This document shows, piece after piece, positions 36,142 to 47,168 of a stretch of DNA of 64,000 nucleotides. Position 1 is the stretch's first letter. Every line of letters begins with the position of its first letter. The translations under genes and the position numbers were made by a program. Source of the DNA: an uncultured virus (IMG/VR IMGVR_UViG_3300025853_000054) (Duplodnaviria; Heunggongvirae; Uroviricota; Caudoviricetes); IMG/VR virus record IMGVR_UViG_3300025853_000054; one strand, 5' to 3'. The notes under the pieces are model-generated. The model ran no database searches. It saw only the letters and a program-made list of their open reading frames with translations, and was not told where the DNA came from.

Positions 36142-37788
36142 ATGAGTGAAGTATATCTAGGCAATCCTAATCTAAAAAAAGCAAATACTCCTATTGAGTT
36201 TACCGAAGACCAGATTGCAGAATTTATTAAATGCAAAAATGATCCTGTCTATTTTGCACATAATCACATTAAGATTGTCTCCCTTGATGAAGGTCTGACA
36301 CAGTTTCATCCTTACGATTTTCAAGAGAAGTTAATATGTAACTTCCACAAAAATAGATTTAATATATGCAAAATGCCTCGTCAGACTGGAAAGTCTACAA
36401 CTGTTGTATCATACCTTCTACATTATCTCATTTTTAATGATAGCGTCAATATTGGCATTCTTGCAAACAAAGCAGCAACTGCTAGAGAACTTTTAGGGAG
36501 GTTAGCTACTGCATATGAAAACTTGCCGAAATGGATGCAACAGGGTATTATTGCATGGAACCGTGGTAACATTGAGTTAGAAAATGGCAGTAAGATATTG
36601 GCAGCTTCTACGTCTGCAAGTGCTGTCCGAGGTATGTCGTTTAACATCCTCTTTCTAGACGAGTTCGCGTTCGTCCCAAATCACATTGCTGACTCGTTCT
36701 TTGCATCTGTTTATCCTACTATTACGTCTGGTAAATCAACCAAAGTAATCATTGTCTCAACGCCACATGGTATGAATCATTTCTACCGTATGTGGCACGA
36801 TGCGGAAAGAGAGAAGAACGAATACATACCAACAGAAGTTCATTGGTCTGAGGTTCCTGGTAGAGACACTGCTTGGAAAGCACAAACTATTGCCAATACT
36901 TCAGAACAGCAGTTTAAAGTTGAGTTTGAATGTGAGTTCTTAGGATCTGTTGATACTCTTATTGCACCATCAAAGTTAAAATCTCTAGTATATTCAGACC
37001 CAATAAAAAGAAATGTTGGATTAGATATTTACGAACCTTCTAAAGAAAACCATGATTATGTCATTACAGTAGATGTTGCCAGAGGAGTTAGTGAAGACTA
37101 TTCGGCATTTATTGTTGCAGACATAACAGAGTTTCCCCATAGAGTAGTTGCAAAGTATAGGAATAATGAGATTAAACCTATGCTATTTCCAAATATCATA
37201 TATGAAGTGGCAAAAAGTTATAATGGAGCATATATTTTATGCGAAGTAAATGATATTGGAGATCAAGTAGCATCATTGCTACATTATGATCTAGAATATC
37301 AAAATGTTTTGATGTGCTCTATGAGAGGAAGAGCAGGTCAGATCGTTGGGCAAGGATTTTCAGGCAAAAAAACTCAGTTAGGAGTTAAGATGTCCAAGAC
37401 TGTTAAAAAAGTCGGTGCTCTTAACTTAAAAACTATGATTGAAGAAGATAAACTAATCTTCAATGATTATGAGATTATATCTGAGTTGACAACCTTTATT
37501 TCAAAAAACAACTCATTTGAAGCGGAAGATGGGTGTAATGATGACCTTGCTATGTGTTTGGTAATATATGCTTGGTTAGTTGCCCAAGATTATTTTAAAG
37601 AACTTACAGATCAAGATATTAGAAAAAGACTATATGAAGAACAAAAAAATCAAATAGAACAAGATATGTCTCCATTTGGATTTATTGTAGATGGGTTAGA
37701 TGATAATCAATCTTTTGTAGATGAATCTGGAGACAGATGGTTTACCGATGAATATGGTGATATGTCTTATATGTGGGAGTACATGTAA
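36142..37788 (+). CDS. gp17: Terminase large subunit gp17
   Basis: Walker A PRQTGKSTT, Walker B FLDEFAF, nuclease DVARG and NDDL motifs. Confidence 0.97.
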   Translation: MSEVYLGNPNLKKANTPIEFTEDQIAEFIKCKNDPVYFAHNHIKIVSLDEGLTQFHPYDFQEKLICNFHKNRFNICKMPRQTGKSTTVVSYLLHYLIFNDSVNIGILANKAATARELLGRLATAYENLPKWMQQGIIAWNRGNIELENGSKILAASTSASAVRGMSFNILFLDEFAFVPNHIADSFFASVYPTITSGKSTKVIIVSTPHGMNHFYRMWHDAEREKNEYIPTEVHWSEVPGRDTAWKAQTIANTSEQQFKVEFECEFLGSVDTLIAPSKLKSLVYSDPIKRNVGLDIYEPSKENHDYVITVDVARGVSEDYSAFIVADITEFPHRVVAKYRNNEIKPMLFPNIIYEVAKSYNGAYILCEVNDIGDQVASLLHYDLEYQNVLMCSMRGRAGQIVGQGFSGKKTQLGVKMSKTVKKVGALNLKTMIEEDKLIFNDYEIISELTTFISKNNSFEAEDGCNDDLAMCLVIYAWLVAQDYFKELTDQDIRKRLYEEQKNQIEQDMSPFGFIVDGLDDNQSFVDESGDRWFTDEYGDMSYMWEYM

Positions 37789-38015
37789 TGGATTTAGATG
37801 ATCAGTTTCAAACAGAACATTTATATCTCACAGAAAGAAAATGTAGAAGTTGTGGTGAAACTAAAGACCTTATCGATGGTTTTTACAAGATGAGAAAAAA
37901 CAAATATAATCTATCATCATATTCATATGAGTGCAAAGAATGCTCAATAAAGAGAGTTATATCTAACAGAATGACCAATAAAGTCTTTGATAAATGGGAA
38001 TATCCCGACTGGTAG
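37788..38015 (+). CDS. Small zinc-finger protein (CRSC...CKEC)
   Basis: TAATG overlap with gp17; two CxxC pairs. Confidence 0.75.
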   Translation: MDLDDQFQTEHLYLTERKCRSCGETKDLIDGFYKMRKNKYNLSSYSYECKECSIKRVISNRMTNKVFDKWEYPDW

Positions 38016-38097
38016 TTGTTCATGCATGGTTTTCGCACATGAAAGTATCATTTTTAATAAATATTTTCAGATAAACTGAAATACGGAGAACTTAAAA

Positions 38098-40302
38098 ATG
38101 GCAACTCCTCAATTGTCTCCTGGCGTTTTAGTCAGGGAAGTTGACTTAACTGTAGGAAGAGCTGATAATGTACTTGACAATATTGGGGCAATTGCTGGTC
38201 CCTTCGTAAAAGGTCCAGTTAATGAACCGATTGATATTACTACAGAGCAAGAACTTATTGATGCATTTGGCAAACCAAATAGCACAGATGCTCAATATGA
38301 ATATTGGATGTCTGCATCATCATATCTATCATACGGTGGGGTTCTGAAAGTAGTCAGAACTGGAGATGATAATTTTAAGAACGCTTCTGCTATTAGAGAT
38401 TCTGAAGGGGTTTCTATCGCTTCTACTAGTAATCTTAATATCTTAAACTACGACAACTACGAAGAGTATTGGGCAGACGATATTGCCGATTACATCTTCG
38501 CTGCAAAGAACCCAGGTTCATGGGCGAATGATCTAAAAGTTTGTATTGTTGATGACAAAGCAGACCAAACTCTTACCGTTGCAGGTTCTGTTAGCAATAT
38601 TGCAGTAGGTTTAGCAGTAACTACAGCACTAACAAATATTCCATCAGCAGGTATTGGAACAACCTCACTATTCAATGGATACTTAAAAGGTATCGTTACT
38701 GGAATTGGTGCTAGCACAATTGATGTTAAAATCGCATCAATCGTTAACTCTGTTGGGGATGAAACACCAGTTCAATACAAAGAAAGAAGCCAACTAAGAT
38801 CTTTTAGACCTGGAAATAGTCTTAAGTTTATTAGTACTGGTGGCGGAGAAGTCTCGGCTGCATCTACTACACTTGGAGTTTCTGAAGAAAGTGTGCTTGA
38901 TTGGTATGACCAACAAAAGATTGAACTAGAAAATGCTATTATTTTCTGGAAATCTATTGCACCAAAACCAGTAACAAGTGCTTACGTTTCCGAAAGAAGT
39001 GGTAGAAATGATGCAATTCACATTGCAGTTATTGATGATACTGGATCTGTAACTGGAATTCAAGGAAATCTACTAGAAAAGCATTTATTCCTTTCAAAAG
39101 CAACTGATGCAGTTTCTGCAGAAAATGCTCCACTAAGAATCTGGTGGAAAGAATATCTTGCTAAGTATTCTGATTATATCTATGCTGGCGATAACCCTTC
39201 CGATAATCTAAATGCAAATGAGGAGGTGTATGCTACTGGATTTGGAACTGCTACTACACCAGTAACAGATTCCGATGGTATATGGAACGAACCAGCACAG
39301 AGCAAGGTCTTTAGTGCTATTGGTAACGTAACATACACACTAGTTGGGGGTAAAGACTATAACAACAAAGAAAATACTACAGAAACTGGTTCACTACAAG
39401 CAGATTTAGGAAGTCTTTTTACTTCGTACAGTCTCTTTGAGAATAAAGATGAAATCGAAGTTGACTATCTAATCATGGGTCCTGGAATGGACAACAAGTT
39501 TGCTTCTCAAGCAAAAGCAAATCATTTAATCTCCATTGTAAATGGAAGAAAAGATTGTATTGCTGTTGTTGGACCACATAGAACTGATCTTGTTGGAGTA
39601 ACAAATAAATCAAAACAAACTGATAATCTTATTGAGTACTTTGCTCCTCTAGAGTCTTCATCATATGCTATTTTTGATAGTGGATATAAGTACACTTATG
39701 ATAGATTTAATAACAAGTTCCGTTACATTCCTTGTAACGCTGACGTTGCAGGTTTATGCGTAAGAACTTCAATCTTTGCTTATCCATGGTTCTCACCAGC
39801 AGGTCAGCAAAGAGGTATATTAAATAATGCTATTAAACTAGCATATAATCCATCAAAGCCCCAAAGAGATAAGTTATATCCATCCAGAATTAACTCTATT
39901 ATTAATAAGCCTGGTCTTGGCATCTTACTCTTCGGTGATAAAACTGCTTTAGATTACGCATCTGCATTTGATAGAATCAACGTTCGTAGATTGTTCTTGA
40001 CCGTTGAGCAAGCACTCGCTAGAACTGCAGAAGCACAACTATTTGAACTAAATGATGAGATTACAAGAGCGAACTTTGTAAATATTGTTGAACCATATCT
40101 CAGAGATATTAAAGCTAAGAGAGGACTTTATGGATTTTTAGTTGTATGTGATGAATCAAATAACACACCCGATGTTATCGATAATAATGAGTTTAGAGCA
40201 GACATTTTCATGAAACCTGCTAAATCCATTAACTATGTTACTCTCACATTCGTAGCAACTAGAACAGGTGTTGCGTTTGAAGAAGTTGTTGGTACTGTTT
40301 GA
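38098..40302 (+). CDS. gp18: Tail sheath protein gp18
   Basis: SPGVLVREVDL, PWFSPAG, FDRINVRRLF and KSINYVTLTFVA motifs. Confidence 0.97.
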   Translation: MATPQLSPGVLVREVDLTVGRADNVLDNIGAIAGPFVKGPVNEPIDITTEQELIDAFGKPNSTDAQYEYWMSASSYLSYGGVLKVVRTGDDNFKNASAIRDSEGVSIASTSNLNILNYDNYEEYWADDIADYIFAAKNPGSWANDLKVCIVDDKADQTLTVAGSVSNIAVGLAVTTALTNIPSAGIGTTSLFNGYLKGIVTGIGASTIDVKIASIVNSVGDETPVQYKERSQLRSFRPGNSLKFISTGGGEVSAASTTLGVSEESVLDWYDQQKIELENAIIFWKSIAPKPVTSAYVSERSGRNDAIHIAVIDDTGSVTGIQGNLLEKHLFLSKATDAVSAENAPLRIWWKEYLAKYSDYIYAGDNPSDNLNANEEVYATGFGTATTPVTDSDGIWNEPAQSKVFSAIGNVTYTLVGGKDYNNKENTTETGSLQADLGSLFTSYSLFENKDEIEVDYLIMGPGMDNKFASQAKANHLISIVNGRKDCIAVVGPHRTDLVGVTNKSKQTDNLIEYFAPLESSSYAIFDSGYKYTYDRFNNKFRYIPCNADVAGLCVRTSIFAYPWFSPAGQQRGILNNAIKLAYNPSKPQRDKLYPSRINSIINKPGLGILLFGDKTALDYASAFDRINVRRLFLTVEQALARTAEAQLFELNDEITRANFVNIVEPYLRDIKAKRGLYGFLVVCDESNNTPDVIDNNEFRADIFMKPAKSINYVTLTFVATRTGVAFEEVVGTV

Positions 40303-40339
40303 TCATTTTTACCATAAAAACTAAGGAGGCACTAAGAAA

Positions 40340-40960
40340 ATGGCATCACTAAAATCTCTATCGCAGTTTAAAAGTAAACTGATTGGAGGTGGAGCAAGAC
40401 CAAACCTATTTGAAGTTCAGTTACCATCCGTTCCTGCTGGAATAGATCTAGGTATTCAGAGAGATGGAACTGGAATATATGATTCTGAGAACTTTACATT
40501 TTTATGTAAAGCAGCTGCTCTTCCAGCATCAACAATGAATCCTATTGAGGTTCCTTTTAGAGGTCGCACTATGAAAGTTGCTGGAGATAGAACATATGAT
40601 GTATGGACAATTACTGTCATCAATGATGAGGCATTTGATCACAGAAGAGTATTTGAATCCTGGATGCAGAATATCAACCAATACTCTGATCATAGTGGAC
40701 TAACAAATCCAGCTGATTATATGACAGATGCTACTGTTCTTCAACTAGGCAGAGGAAAAGTAAACAGAGAAACTGGAACTGGTAGTGATGGAAATGCAAA
40801 TATCCTTGCACAATATAAGTTCAAGGATATTTTCCCAACTAACATTTCTGCTATTGATCTTAGTTATGAAACCAGCGACACCATTGAAGAGTTTACTGTA
40901 GATTTCCAAGTTCAGTTCTGGTATCCAGAAAAAGCAGGAACTAACACTGCTCAGGGATAA
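40340..40960 (+). CDS. gp19: Tail tube protein gp19
   Basis: GGARPNLFEV, FRGR..KVAGDRT and IEEFTVDF motifs. Confidence 0.96.
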   Translation: MASLKSLSQFKSKLIGGGARPNLFEVQLPSVPAGIDLGIQRDGTGIYDSENFTFLCKAAALPASTMNPIEVPFRGRTMKVAGDRTYDVWTITVINDEAFDHRRVFESWMQNINQYSDHSGLTNPADYMTDATVLQLGRGKVNRETGTGSDGNANILAQYKFKDIFPTNISAIDLSYETSDTIEEFTVDFQVQFWYPEKAGTNTAQG

Positions 40961-40994
40961 TAAATAGAAACAGTAAATAGAATCTAGGTTAATA

Positions 40995-42641
40995 ATGTCG
41001 AGATTATTTGGTTTCTCTATTGAGGAAGATAAAAATAACATCTCAAAGAACATAGTCTCCCCCGTTCCTCAAAACAATGAGGACGGGGTTGACCACTATC
41101 TTACGAGTGGATTTTTTGGTACTACAATAGATATTGAAGGTGTTTATAAGACTGAACATGATTTAGTCAAAAGATATCGTGAGATGTCGCTTCATCCAGA
41201 AGTTGATAGTGCTATCGAGGATATTGTAAATGAAGCTATTGTATCTGACACTTATGATACCCCAGTAGAGATAGAACTGTCAAATTTAAATGCTAGTGAT
41301 GGATTAAAGAAAAAAATCCGAGAAGAGTTTAAAACAATACTAGAAATAATGGACTTTGCTAGAAAGTCTCATGAAATCTATAGAAACTGGTATGTTGATG
41401 GAAGGATTTATTATCACAAACTTATTGATGTAAAAAATCCTCAAGAGGGAATACAAGAGTTAAGGCACATTGATGCCTTAAAAATGAGATATGTAAGGAC
41501 AAAGAAAAAGAAAAATAGATTAGATATTAACATCACAAATGGAAGATCTGACGATCCCATGAATTTGGATTTTCCAGTTATTGATGAGTATTTTGAGTAT
41601 AGTCCAAAGACTAGTGGATTAAATACACAAAATAATCCAACTGGTTCTATCAAAATTGCAAAAGATTCTATTGCATATTGTAGTTCTGGACTAGTTGATA
41701 GGAACAAAAATACTGTCCTATCATATCTACATAAATCAATCAAAGCAGTAAATCAACTTCGCATGATTGAAGATTCTCTTGTAATCTATAGATTATCAAG
41801 AGCACCAGAACGTCGTATTTTTTATATTGATGTTGGAAATCTACCAAAGGTAAAAGCAGAGCAATATCTCCGTGACGTAATGATGCGTTACAGAAACAAG
41901 TTAGTTTATGACGGAAGCACAGGGGAAATCAAAGATGATAAAAAATACATGTCAATGCTTGAAGATTTTTGGTTGCCTCGCAGAGAAGGCGGAAGGGGAA
42001 CAGAAATCACAACTCTGCCAGGCGGCCAAAACCTTGGAGAAATCACTGATATTGAATACTTTAAGAAAAAACTATACAGAGCACTCAATGTTCCACCCTC
42101 AAGAATGGATGGAGAAGGTGGGTTTAACCTGGGTAGATCTTCTGAAATCTTAAGAGATGAACTTAAGTTTACTAAGTTTGTTGGTCGTTTAAGAAAAAGA
42201 TTCTCAAATCTATTCAATGATATTTTGAGAACTCAACTTATTTTGAAAAATATTGTGACTCCCGAAGATTGGGAAAAGATGTCAGAACATATTCAATATG
42301 ATTTCTTATATGACAATCACTTCTCAGAACTTAAGGATGCTGAGTTGATGACTGAGAGATTAAATCTTGCAGTGACTGCAGAACCTTATATTGGCAAATA
42401 TTTTTCTCAAGATTACGTCAGAAGAAAAATCTTAAGACAGACTGATGAAGAAATCGTTGAACAAGATAAGTTAATCAAAAAAGAAATCAAAGATGGTGTT
42501 GTTCCTGATCCAAATGCACCAATAGATCCAGAAACTGGTATGCCTTTAGATGACACTATGAGTGGTGAAATGGGCGCAGTTCCTTTAGATCCAGGTATTA
42601 ATGAAAAACCAGTAGAAACTCCCAAAGGAGGAGAAATATAA
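40995..42641 (+). CDS. gp20: Portal protein gp20
   Basis: YRLSRAPERRIFYIDVGN and EDFWLPRREGGRGTEITTLPGG motifs. Confidence 0.98.
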   Translation: MSRLFGFSIEEDKNNISKNIVSPVPQNNEDGVDHYLTSGFFGTTIDIEGVYKTEHDLVKRYREMSLHPEVDSAIEDIVNEAIVSDTYDTPVEIELSNLNASDGLKKKIREEFKTILEIMDFARKSHEIYRNWYVDGRIYYHKLIDVKNPQEGIQELRHIDALKMRYVRTKKKKNRLDINITNGRSDDPMNLDFPVIDEYFEYSPKTSGLNTQNNPTGSIKIAKDSIAYCSSGLVDRNKNTVLSYLHKSIKAVNQLRMIEDSLVIYRLSRAPERRIFYIDVGNLPKVKAEQYLRDVMMRYRNKLVYDGSTGEIKDDKKYMSMLEDFWLPRREGGRGTEITTLPGGQNLGEITDIEYFKKKLYRALNVPPSRMDGEGGFNLGRSSEILRDELKFTKFVGRLRKRFSNLFNDILRTQLILKNIVTPEDWEKMSEHIQYDFLYDNHFSELKDAELMTERLNLAVTAEPYIGKYFSQDYVRRKILRQTDEEIVEQDKLIKKEIKDGVVPDPNAPIDPETGMPLDDTMSGEMGAVPLDPGINEKPVETPKGGEI

Positions 42642-42671
42642 ATAATATTATTGCAAATATAACATTAATCT

Positions 42672-42845
42672 ATGGATGACTTAATCGACATGATCATTGC
42701 TGATAAATCTGCTTCTAGTGTCAGTGACAAAATCAAAGACGTTTTGTACTCAAAAGCGTCTGAAAGGGTGGATTCTTTAAAACCATCAGTATCAACTTCT
42801 ATTTTTGGTGATGAAGAATATGAAGATGGCACTGAACAAGAATAA
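42672..42845 (+). CDS. Small acidic protein, 57 aa, in the prohead core (gp67-like) position; not in the ORF track
   Basis: Late promoter upstream; MDDLIDMII...EEYEDGTEQE; lies between gp20 and gp21. Confidence 0.7.
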   Translation: MDDLIDMIIADKSASSVSDKIKDVLYSKASERVDSLKPSVSTSIFGDEEYEDGTEQE

Positions 42846-42866
42846 ATATCTTAAAAAATAACTACG

Positions 42867-43145
42867 ATGACACAAAGAACAAGACTGATTGCAGGAGAAA
42901 CTGGATTAACAACATCCAGCTCTGATGTAAATACACTTTCAAATGCTACTTGCATTCGAGTATGGAACGGTCATACAGATATTGCAACTGTAAGCATTGG
43001 TAAAAGTACAGAATCTGGTTATTCAGGTATTACAACATTAACTATGGCATCTAAAACTGTTGAGTTTTTAGAAAAAGATGCACAAGATATTATTTGGTCA
43101 AATAATACTGCAGTATTGGCAGCAAAAGTAGCATTCACAAACTAA
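42867..43145 (+). CDS. Hypothetical protein, 92 aa
   Basis: Late motif upstream; ORF directly before gp21. Confidence 0.8.
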   Translation: MTQRTRLIAGETGLTTSSSDVNTLSNATCIRVWNGHTDIATVSIGKSTESGYSGITTLTMASKTVEFLEKDAQDIIWSNNTAVLAAKVAFTN

Positions 43146-43149
43146 TCCA

Positions 43150-43800
43150 ATGAAACTAATCAGAGAAGAAATCGAAAAAGTTGAAGTTCTCAGAGAAGGA
43201 ACTGGAAGAGAGGCAAAACTTTATATTAAAGGACCATTCCTACAAGCAGAATGTGTAAATCGTAATGGGCGTATGTATCCTATGCCCATTATGGAGAAAG
43301 AGGTAAAGCGTTATAACGAACAATATGTTCAAAAAGGACGTGCTCTTGGAGAGCTTGGTCATCCTGATGGTCCCACAGTAAACCTTGATAGAGTTTCACA
43401 TAAAATTGTAGAGCTTTATAAAGTAGGTAATAACTTTGAAGGTAAGGCACAAATCCTTTCCACACCTATGGGTAAGATTGCAGAATCCTTACTCAAAGAT
43501 GGTGTAACTCTTGGTGTTTCTTCTCGTGGTATTGGTTCTTTAGTTACTACTAAAGAAGGATATAAACAAGTTGGTGAAGATTTTATGTTGGCAACTGCTG
43601 CTGATATTGTTGCCGATCCATCTGCACCTGACGCTTTTGTTCAGGGAATTATGGAAGGAAAAGAATGGGTTTGGGATGGCGGTGTTCTTCGTGAAAAACT
43701 TGCCGAACAAACAAAACGCAGAATCAATACTCTTGTTGATCAAAAAAGATTAGAAGAGCATAAGATTGATCTCTTTAACAACTTTTTAAATTCACTATAG
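43150..43800 (+). CDS. gp21: Prohead protease gp21
   Basis: ALGELGHP, GVSSRG and DIVADPSAPDA motifs. Confidence 0.96.
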   Translation: MKLIREEIEKVEVLREGTGREAKLYIKGPFLQAECVNRNGRMYPMPIMEKEVKRYNEQYVQKGRALGELGHPDGPTVNLDRVSHKIVELYKVGNNFEGKAQILSTPMGKIAESLLKDGVTLGVSSRGIGSLVTTKEGYKQVGEDFMLATAADIVADPSAPDAFVQGIMEGKEWVWDGGVLREKLAEQTKRRINTLVDQKRLEEHKIDLFNNFLNSL

Positions 43801-43874
43801 TATATATGTGTAAATCATTAAAATATAAATAAATATAGATTTAATACAGTTTAACGTAAATCGGAGAGTTTTAA

Positions 43875-45023
43875 ATGTCTAGTGGAGAAAACTTACAAGA
43901 AATGGAAGTAGGCACTGCTCAATCCAAGACTGCTGTTAATTCTGGTGCTAAATCAGCAGATCCAATGCCTTCAGCAGGAAGCAATGCATCTGGTGTTTCA
44001 ACTCCAGGTCAAACTGGTAGTTGGGTAGATTTAGGCGGTCCTACTCCAGAAAACTATAAGTCTGATGACGATTCAGCTAAGTTCAAAGAACCTTCACTTA
44101 AGACAGTGAATGATGTGGTAAACAGAGGTGCTAAACCTGCTGAACCAATGCAAAAACTTACTGGAGCAGTTAAGGAAGAAGAAGAGATTGACGATGAAGT
44201 AATCTCTGAAGATGATGAAGTCGAAACCGAAGAGGATCAAGATTTTGTATCCGAAGAGGAAGTAGAGGAAGAAGAAGAGATTACTGAAGAAGAGTATGAC
44301 ATCGAAGAAGATGTTAATGCTATTCTCGAAACTGACGAAGTAGAACTCTCCGAAGAGTTTAAAGAAAAAGCAAAACTAGTATTTGAATCTGCACTCAAGA
44401 CTAAAGTTGGAGAAATCCAAGAAGCTCTTGAGATCAGATACGAAGAAAGACTCGCTGAAGAAGTTGCTGAAATCAAAGAAGCACTTCAAGAGCGTGTTGA
44501 TTCTTATCTAGAGTATGTTGCTGATGAGTGGATTGCTGAAAATCAACTCTCAGTAGAGCAAGGTCTGAAAGAAGAACTCTCCGAGTCCTTTATGTCAGGT
44601 CTACGTGATCTTTTTGAAGCACATTATGTACACATCCCTGAAGATAAATATGATGTTCTAGATAGTATGACAGAAAAACTTGATGAAATGGAGACAAAAC
44701 TCAACGAGCAGATTGAGAAGAATGTTTCCCTTAACAAGCGTCTCGCAGAGTCGGTTGCTGATGGAATCTTCGATGATATTGCAGAGGGTCTAGCATTCTC
44801 GCAAAAAGAAAAGCTCGCTTCACTTGCAGAAAGTGTTGAGTTTGGAAGTGAGACAGAATATCGTGAAAAGTTGGTAGCATTAAAGGAATCATATTTCCCA
44901 ACAAAAAATGCTAACCCCAAGGTGGTTTCTGAGAACCTAAGCGAAGAAGTAGAAACTCCAGAAGCTTATAGCAAAGAGATGGATGCTTACCTAGCAATGG
45001 TAAACAGAATCGCTAAAAACTGA
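43875..45023 (+). CDS. gp22: Prohead core scaffold gp22
   Basis: Acidic coiled-coil; LSEEFKEKA..FE.A and VDSYLEYV motifs; gene order. Confidence 0.92.
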   Translation: MSSGENLQEMEVGTAQSKTAVNSGAKSADPMPSAGSNASGVSTPGQTGSWVDLGGPTPENYKSDDDSAKFKEPSLKTVNDVVNRGAKPAEPMQKLTGAVKEEEEIDDEVISEDDEVETEEDQDFVSEEEVEEEEEITEEEYDIEEDVNAILETDEVELSEEFKEKAKLVFESALKTKVGEIQEALEIRYEERLAEEVAEIKEALQERVDSYLEYVADEWIAENQLSVEQGLKEELSESFMSGLRDLFEAHYVHIPEDKYDVLDSMTEKLDEMETKLNEQIEKNVSLNKRLAESVADGIFDDIAEGLAFSQKEKLASLAESVEFGSETEYREKLVALKESYFPTKNANPKVVSENLSEEVETPEAYSKEMDAYLAMVNRIAKN

Positions 45024-45064
45024 AGTCAACATTAAAACAAACACACTTTTAGAGGTACACGTAA

Positions 45065-46501
45065 ATGTTCCATTCAGAGCATCTGCAGGAAAAGTGGGCA
45101 CCCCTTCTAAATGCTGGTGATCCTATTAAGGATCACCACAGAAGAGCAGTAACCGCAGTCCTGCTAGAGAACCAAGAAAAATTCCTAAGAGAGCAACAAT
45201 CTTTCAACCAATCAGGATCATTCCTAACCGAATCACCAACTAACTCAGCTGGTACAGGTGGTTATACTGGAGCTTCCGCTGAAGGCGGTCCAGTTGCAGG
45301 TTTTGATCCAGTTCTGATTTCCCTAATCAGACGCTCCATGCCTAACTTGGTCGCATACGACCTCGCAGGCGTACAACCAATGAGCGGTCCTACTGGACTA
45401 ATCTTCGCAATGCGTTCACGCTACACTGATCAGAACGGTCAGGAAGCACTATTTGACGAAGCAGATACTCGCTTCTCTGGTCAGAACGCTGCAGGTAGCC
45501 TTGCACAAACAGGTTATACCAGCCCAACAGGCGATGTTGGTATCGGTACTACCGCAGGAGCATCTGCTAACACTAACCCTGGTCTTCTAAACGCTTCTGG
45601 CGAATATAACGTTTCTGGTGGCATGAACACTGGAGATGCAGAAGGTCTAGGTTATGGCGATAACTCTGGTTTCAACGAGATGGCCTTCTCAATCGAGAAG
45701 ATCACTGTTGCTGCAAAATCCAGAGCACTCAAAGCTGAGTATTCACTAGAACTAGCTCAAGACCTCAAGGCAATCCACGGTCTAAATGCTGAAGCAGAAC
45801 TCGCTAATATTCTTTCTAGCGAGATCCTTGCTGAAATCAACCGTGAGGTTATCCGTAGCATCTACATCACTGCAGAAGCTGGTGCTCAGCAGAACGTTGC
45901 TACCGCAGGTTCATTCGACCTCGATGTTGACTCCAACGGTCGCTGGTCAGTTGAGAAGTTCAAAGGTCTACTCTTCCAAATCGAGCGCGATGCTAACCAG
46001 ATCGCAACTAGAACTCGTAGAGGAAAGGGCAACATTATCCTCTGCTCTGCAGACGTTGCTTCCGCTCTAACCATGGCAGGTGTACTCGATTATACTCCTG
46101 CACTAAATGCAAACCTAAGCGTAGATGAGACTGGCAATACATTTGCTGGAACTCTAATGGGCAAGTATCGCGTATACATTGACCCATATGCTGCAAACCT
46201 AACCAACCGTGCTGGCGCTGCTGGTAACGTTGGTGGTAACCAGTACTACGTTGTTGGTTATAAGGGTTCTTCACCTTATGACGCAGGTCTCTTCTACTGC
46301 CCATATGTACCTCTCCAGATGGTACGTGCAGTTGGCGAGAACAGCTTCCAGCCTAAGATCGGCTTCAAGACCCGTTACGGTCTAGTTGCTAACCCATTCG
46401 CTGAAGGTGGACTTGCATCAGGCACATCAACAGCTCTTGGTCGCCTTGCAGCAGATACCAACCGCTACTACAGAAGAGTTCTTGTTAAGAACCTCATGTG
46501 A
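45065..46501 (+). CDS. gp23: Major capsid protein gp23
   Basis: GVQPMSGPTGLIFAMRSRY, KSRALKAEYS and FQPKIGFKTRYG motifs; strong codon bias. Confidence 0.99.
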   Translation: MFHSEHLQEKWAPLLNAGDPIKDHHRRAVTAVLLENQEKFLREQQSFNQSGSFLTESPTNSAGTGGYTGASAEGGPVAGFDPVLISLIRRSMPNLVAYDLAGVQPMSGPTGLIFAMRSRYTDQNGQEALFDEADTRFSGQNAAGSLAQTGYTSPTGDVGIGTTAGASANTNPGLLNASGEYNVSGGMNTGDAEGLGYGDNSGFNEMAFSIEKITVAAKSRALKAEYSLELAQDLKAIHGLNAEAELANILSSEILAEINREVIRSIYITAEAGAQQNVATAGSFDLDVDSNGRWSVEKFKGLLFQIERDANQIATRTRRGKGNIILCSADVASALTMAGVLDYTPALNANLSVDETGNTFAGTLMGKYRVYIDPYAANLTNRAGAAGNVGGNQYYVVGYKGSSPYDAGLFYCPYVPLQMVRAVGENSFQPKIGFKTRYGLVANPFAEGGLASGTSTALGRLAADTNRYYRRVLVKNLM

Positions 46502-46526
46502 TCTATTAGGTTCACATTTTCTCAAG

Positions 46527-46553
46527 GACCCCTCTTGGAGGGGTCTTTTTTTT
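46527..46553 (+). terminator. Intrinsic terminator after gp23
   Basis: gacccctc-ttg-gaggggtc followed by T8. Confidence 0.92.
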
Positions 46554-46580
46554 ATCTAAATAAATAAAAAGGTTATAGAA

Positions 46581-47168
46581 ATGCCTGAAAGTTACAGAAA
46601 GTTTGAATATGAAACTGTAGAGAATAGAAACCTTTTATCTTCTGTAAAGTTTAGATTTATATTAAACAGAGCGCCAAAAGTTTCTTTTCTTTCAAACTCA
46701 GTTAATATTCCTGGCATGACATTAGGAGTTGCTGAGCAACCAACATATCTAAACGATATTCCTCATCCTGGAGATAAGATTCAGTTTGAAGATTTTAATC
46801 TAAAATTTTTGGTTGATGAGGATTTGACAAACTACTTAGAACTCCAACATTGGATAAGGGGACTTGGATTTCCAGAAAACTTAAAAGAAATATACGATCT
46901 GCAAGATGATGATGATAACTATGTCAGTATGAAATGGGGAGCAGCAATGAATGTATATTCAGATGGCACATTATTAGTGAAGACAAGTAATGAACGTAAT
47001 AACTATAATATAATATTTAAAGGAATGTTTCCTTATCGATTAGGAGAGTTAAACTTTGACGCTACAAACACCGATGAAGATTACTTCACAACAGATGTTA
47101 GTTTTAAATATATGATGTATAATATAACAGACTCAAAAGGAGAAATCTTAAGACCTAAGTATGATTAA
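46581..47168 (+). CDS. gp3: Tail completion / tube terminator gp3-like protein
   Basis: VNIPGMTLG and FLVDEDLTNY motifs; lies between gp23 and uvsY. Confidence 0.85.
   Translation: MPESYRKFEYETVENRNLLSSVKFRFILNRAPKVSFLSNSVNIPGMTLGVAEQPTYLNDIPHPGDKIQFEDFNLKFLVDEDLTNYLELQHWIRGLGFPENLKEIYDLQDDDDNYVSMKWGAAMNVYSDGTLLVKTSNERNNYNIIFKGMFPYRLGELNFDATNTDEDYFTTDVSFKYMMYNITDSKGEILRPKYD

Noticed and set aside
44170..44360. GAA-rich repeat in gp22
   Set aside because: Explained by the Glu/Asp-rich linker of the scaffold protein
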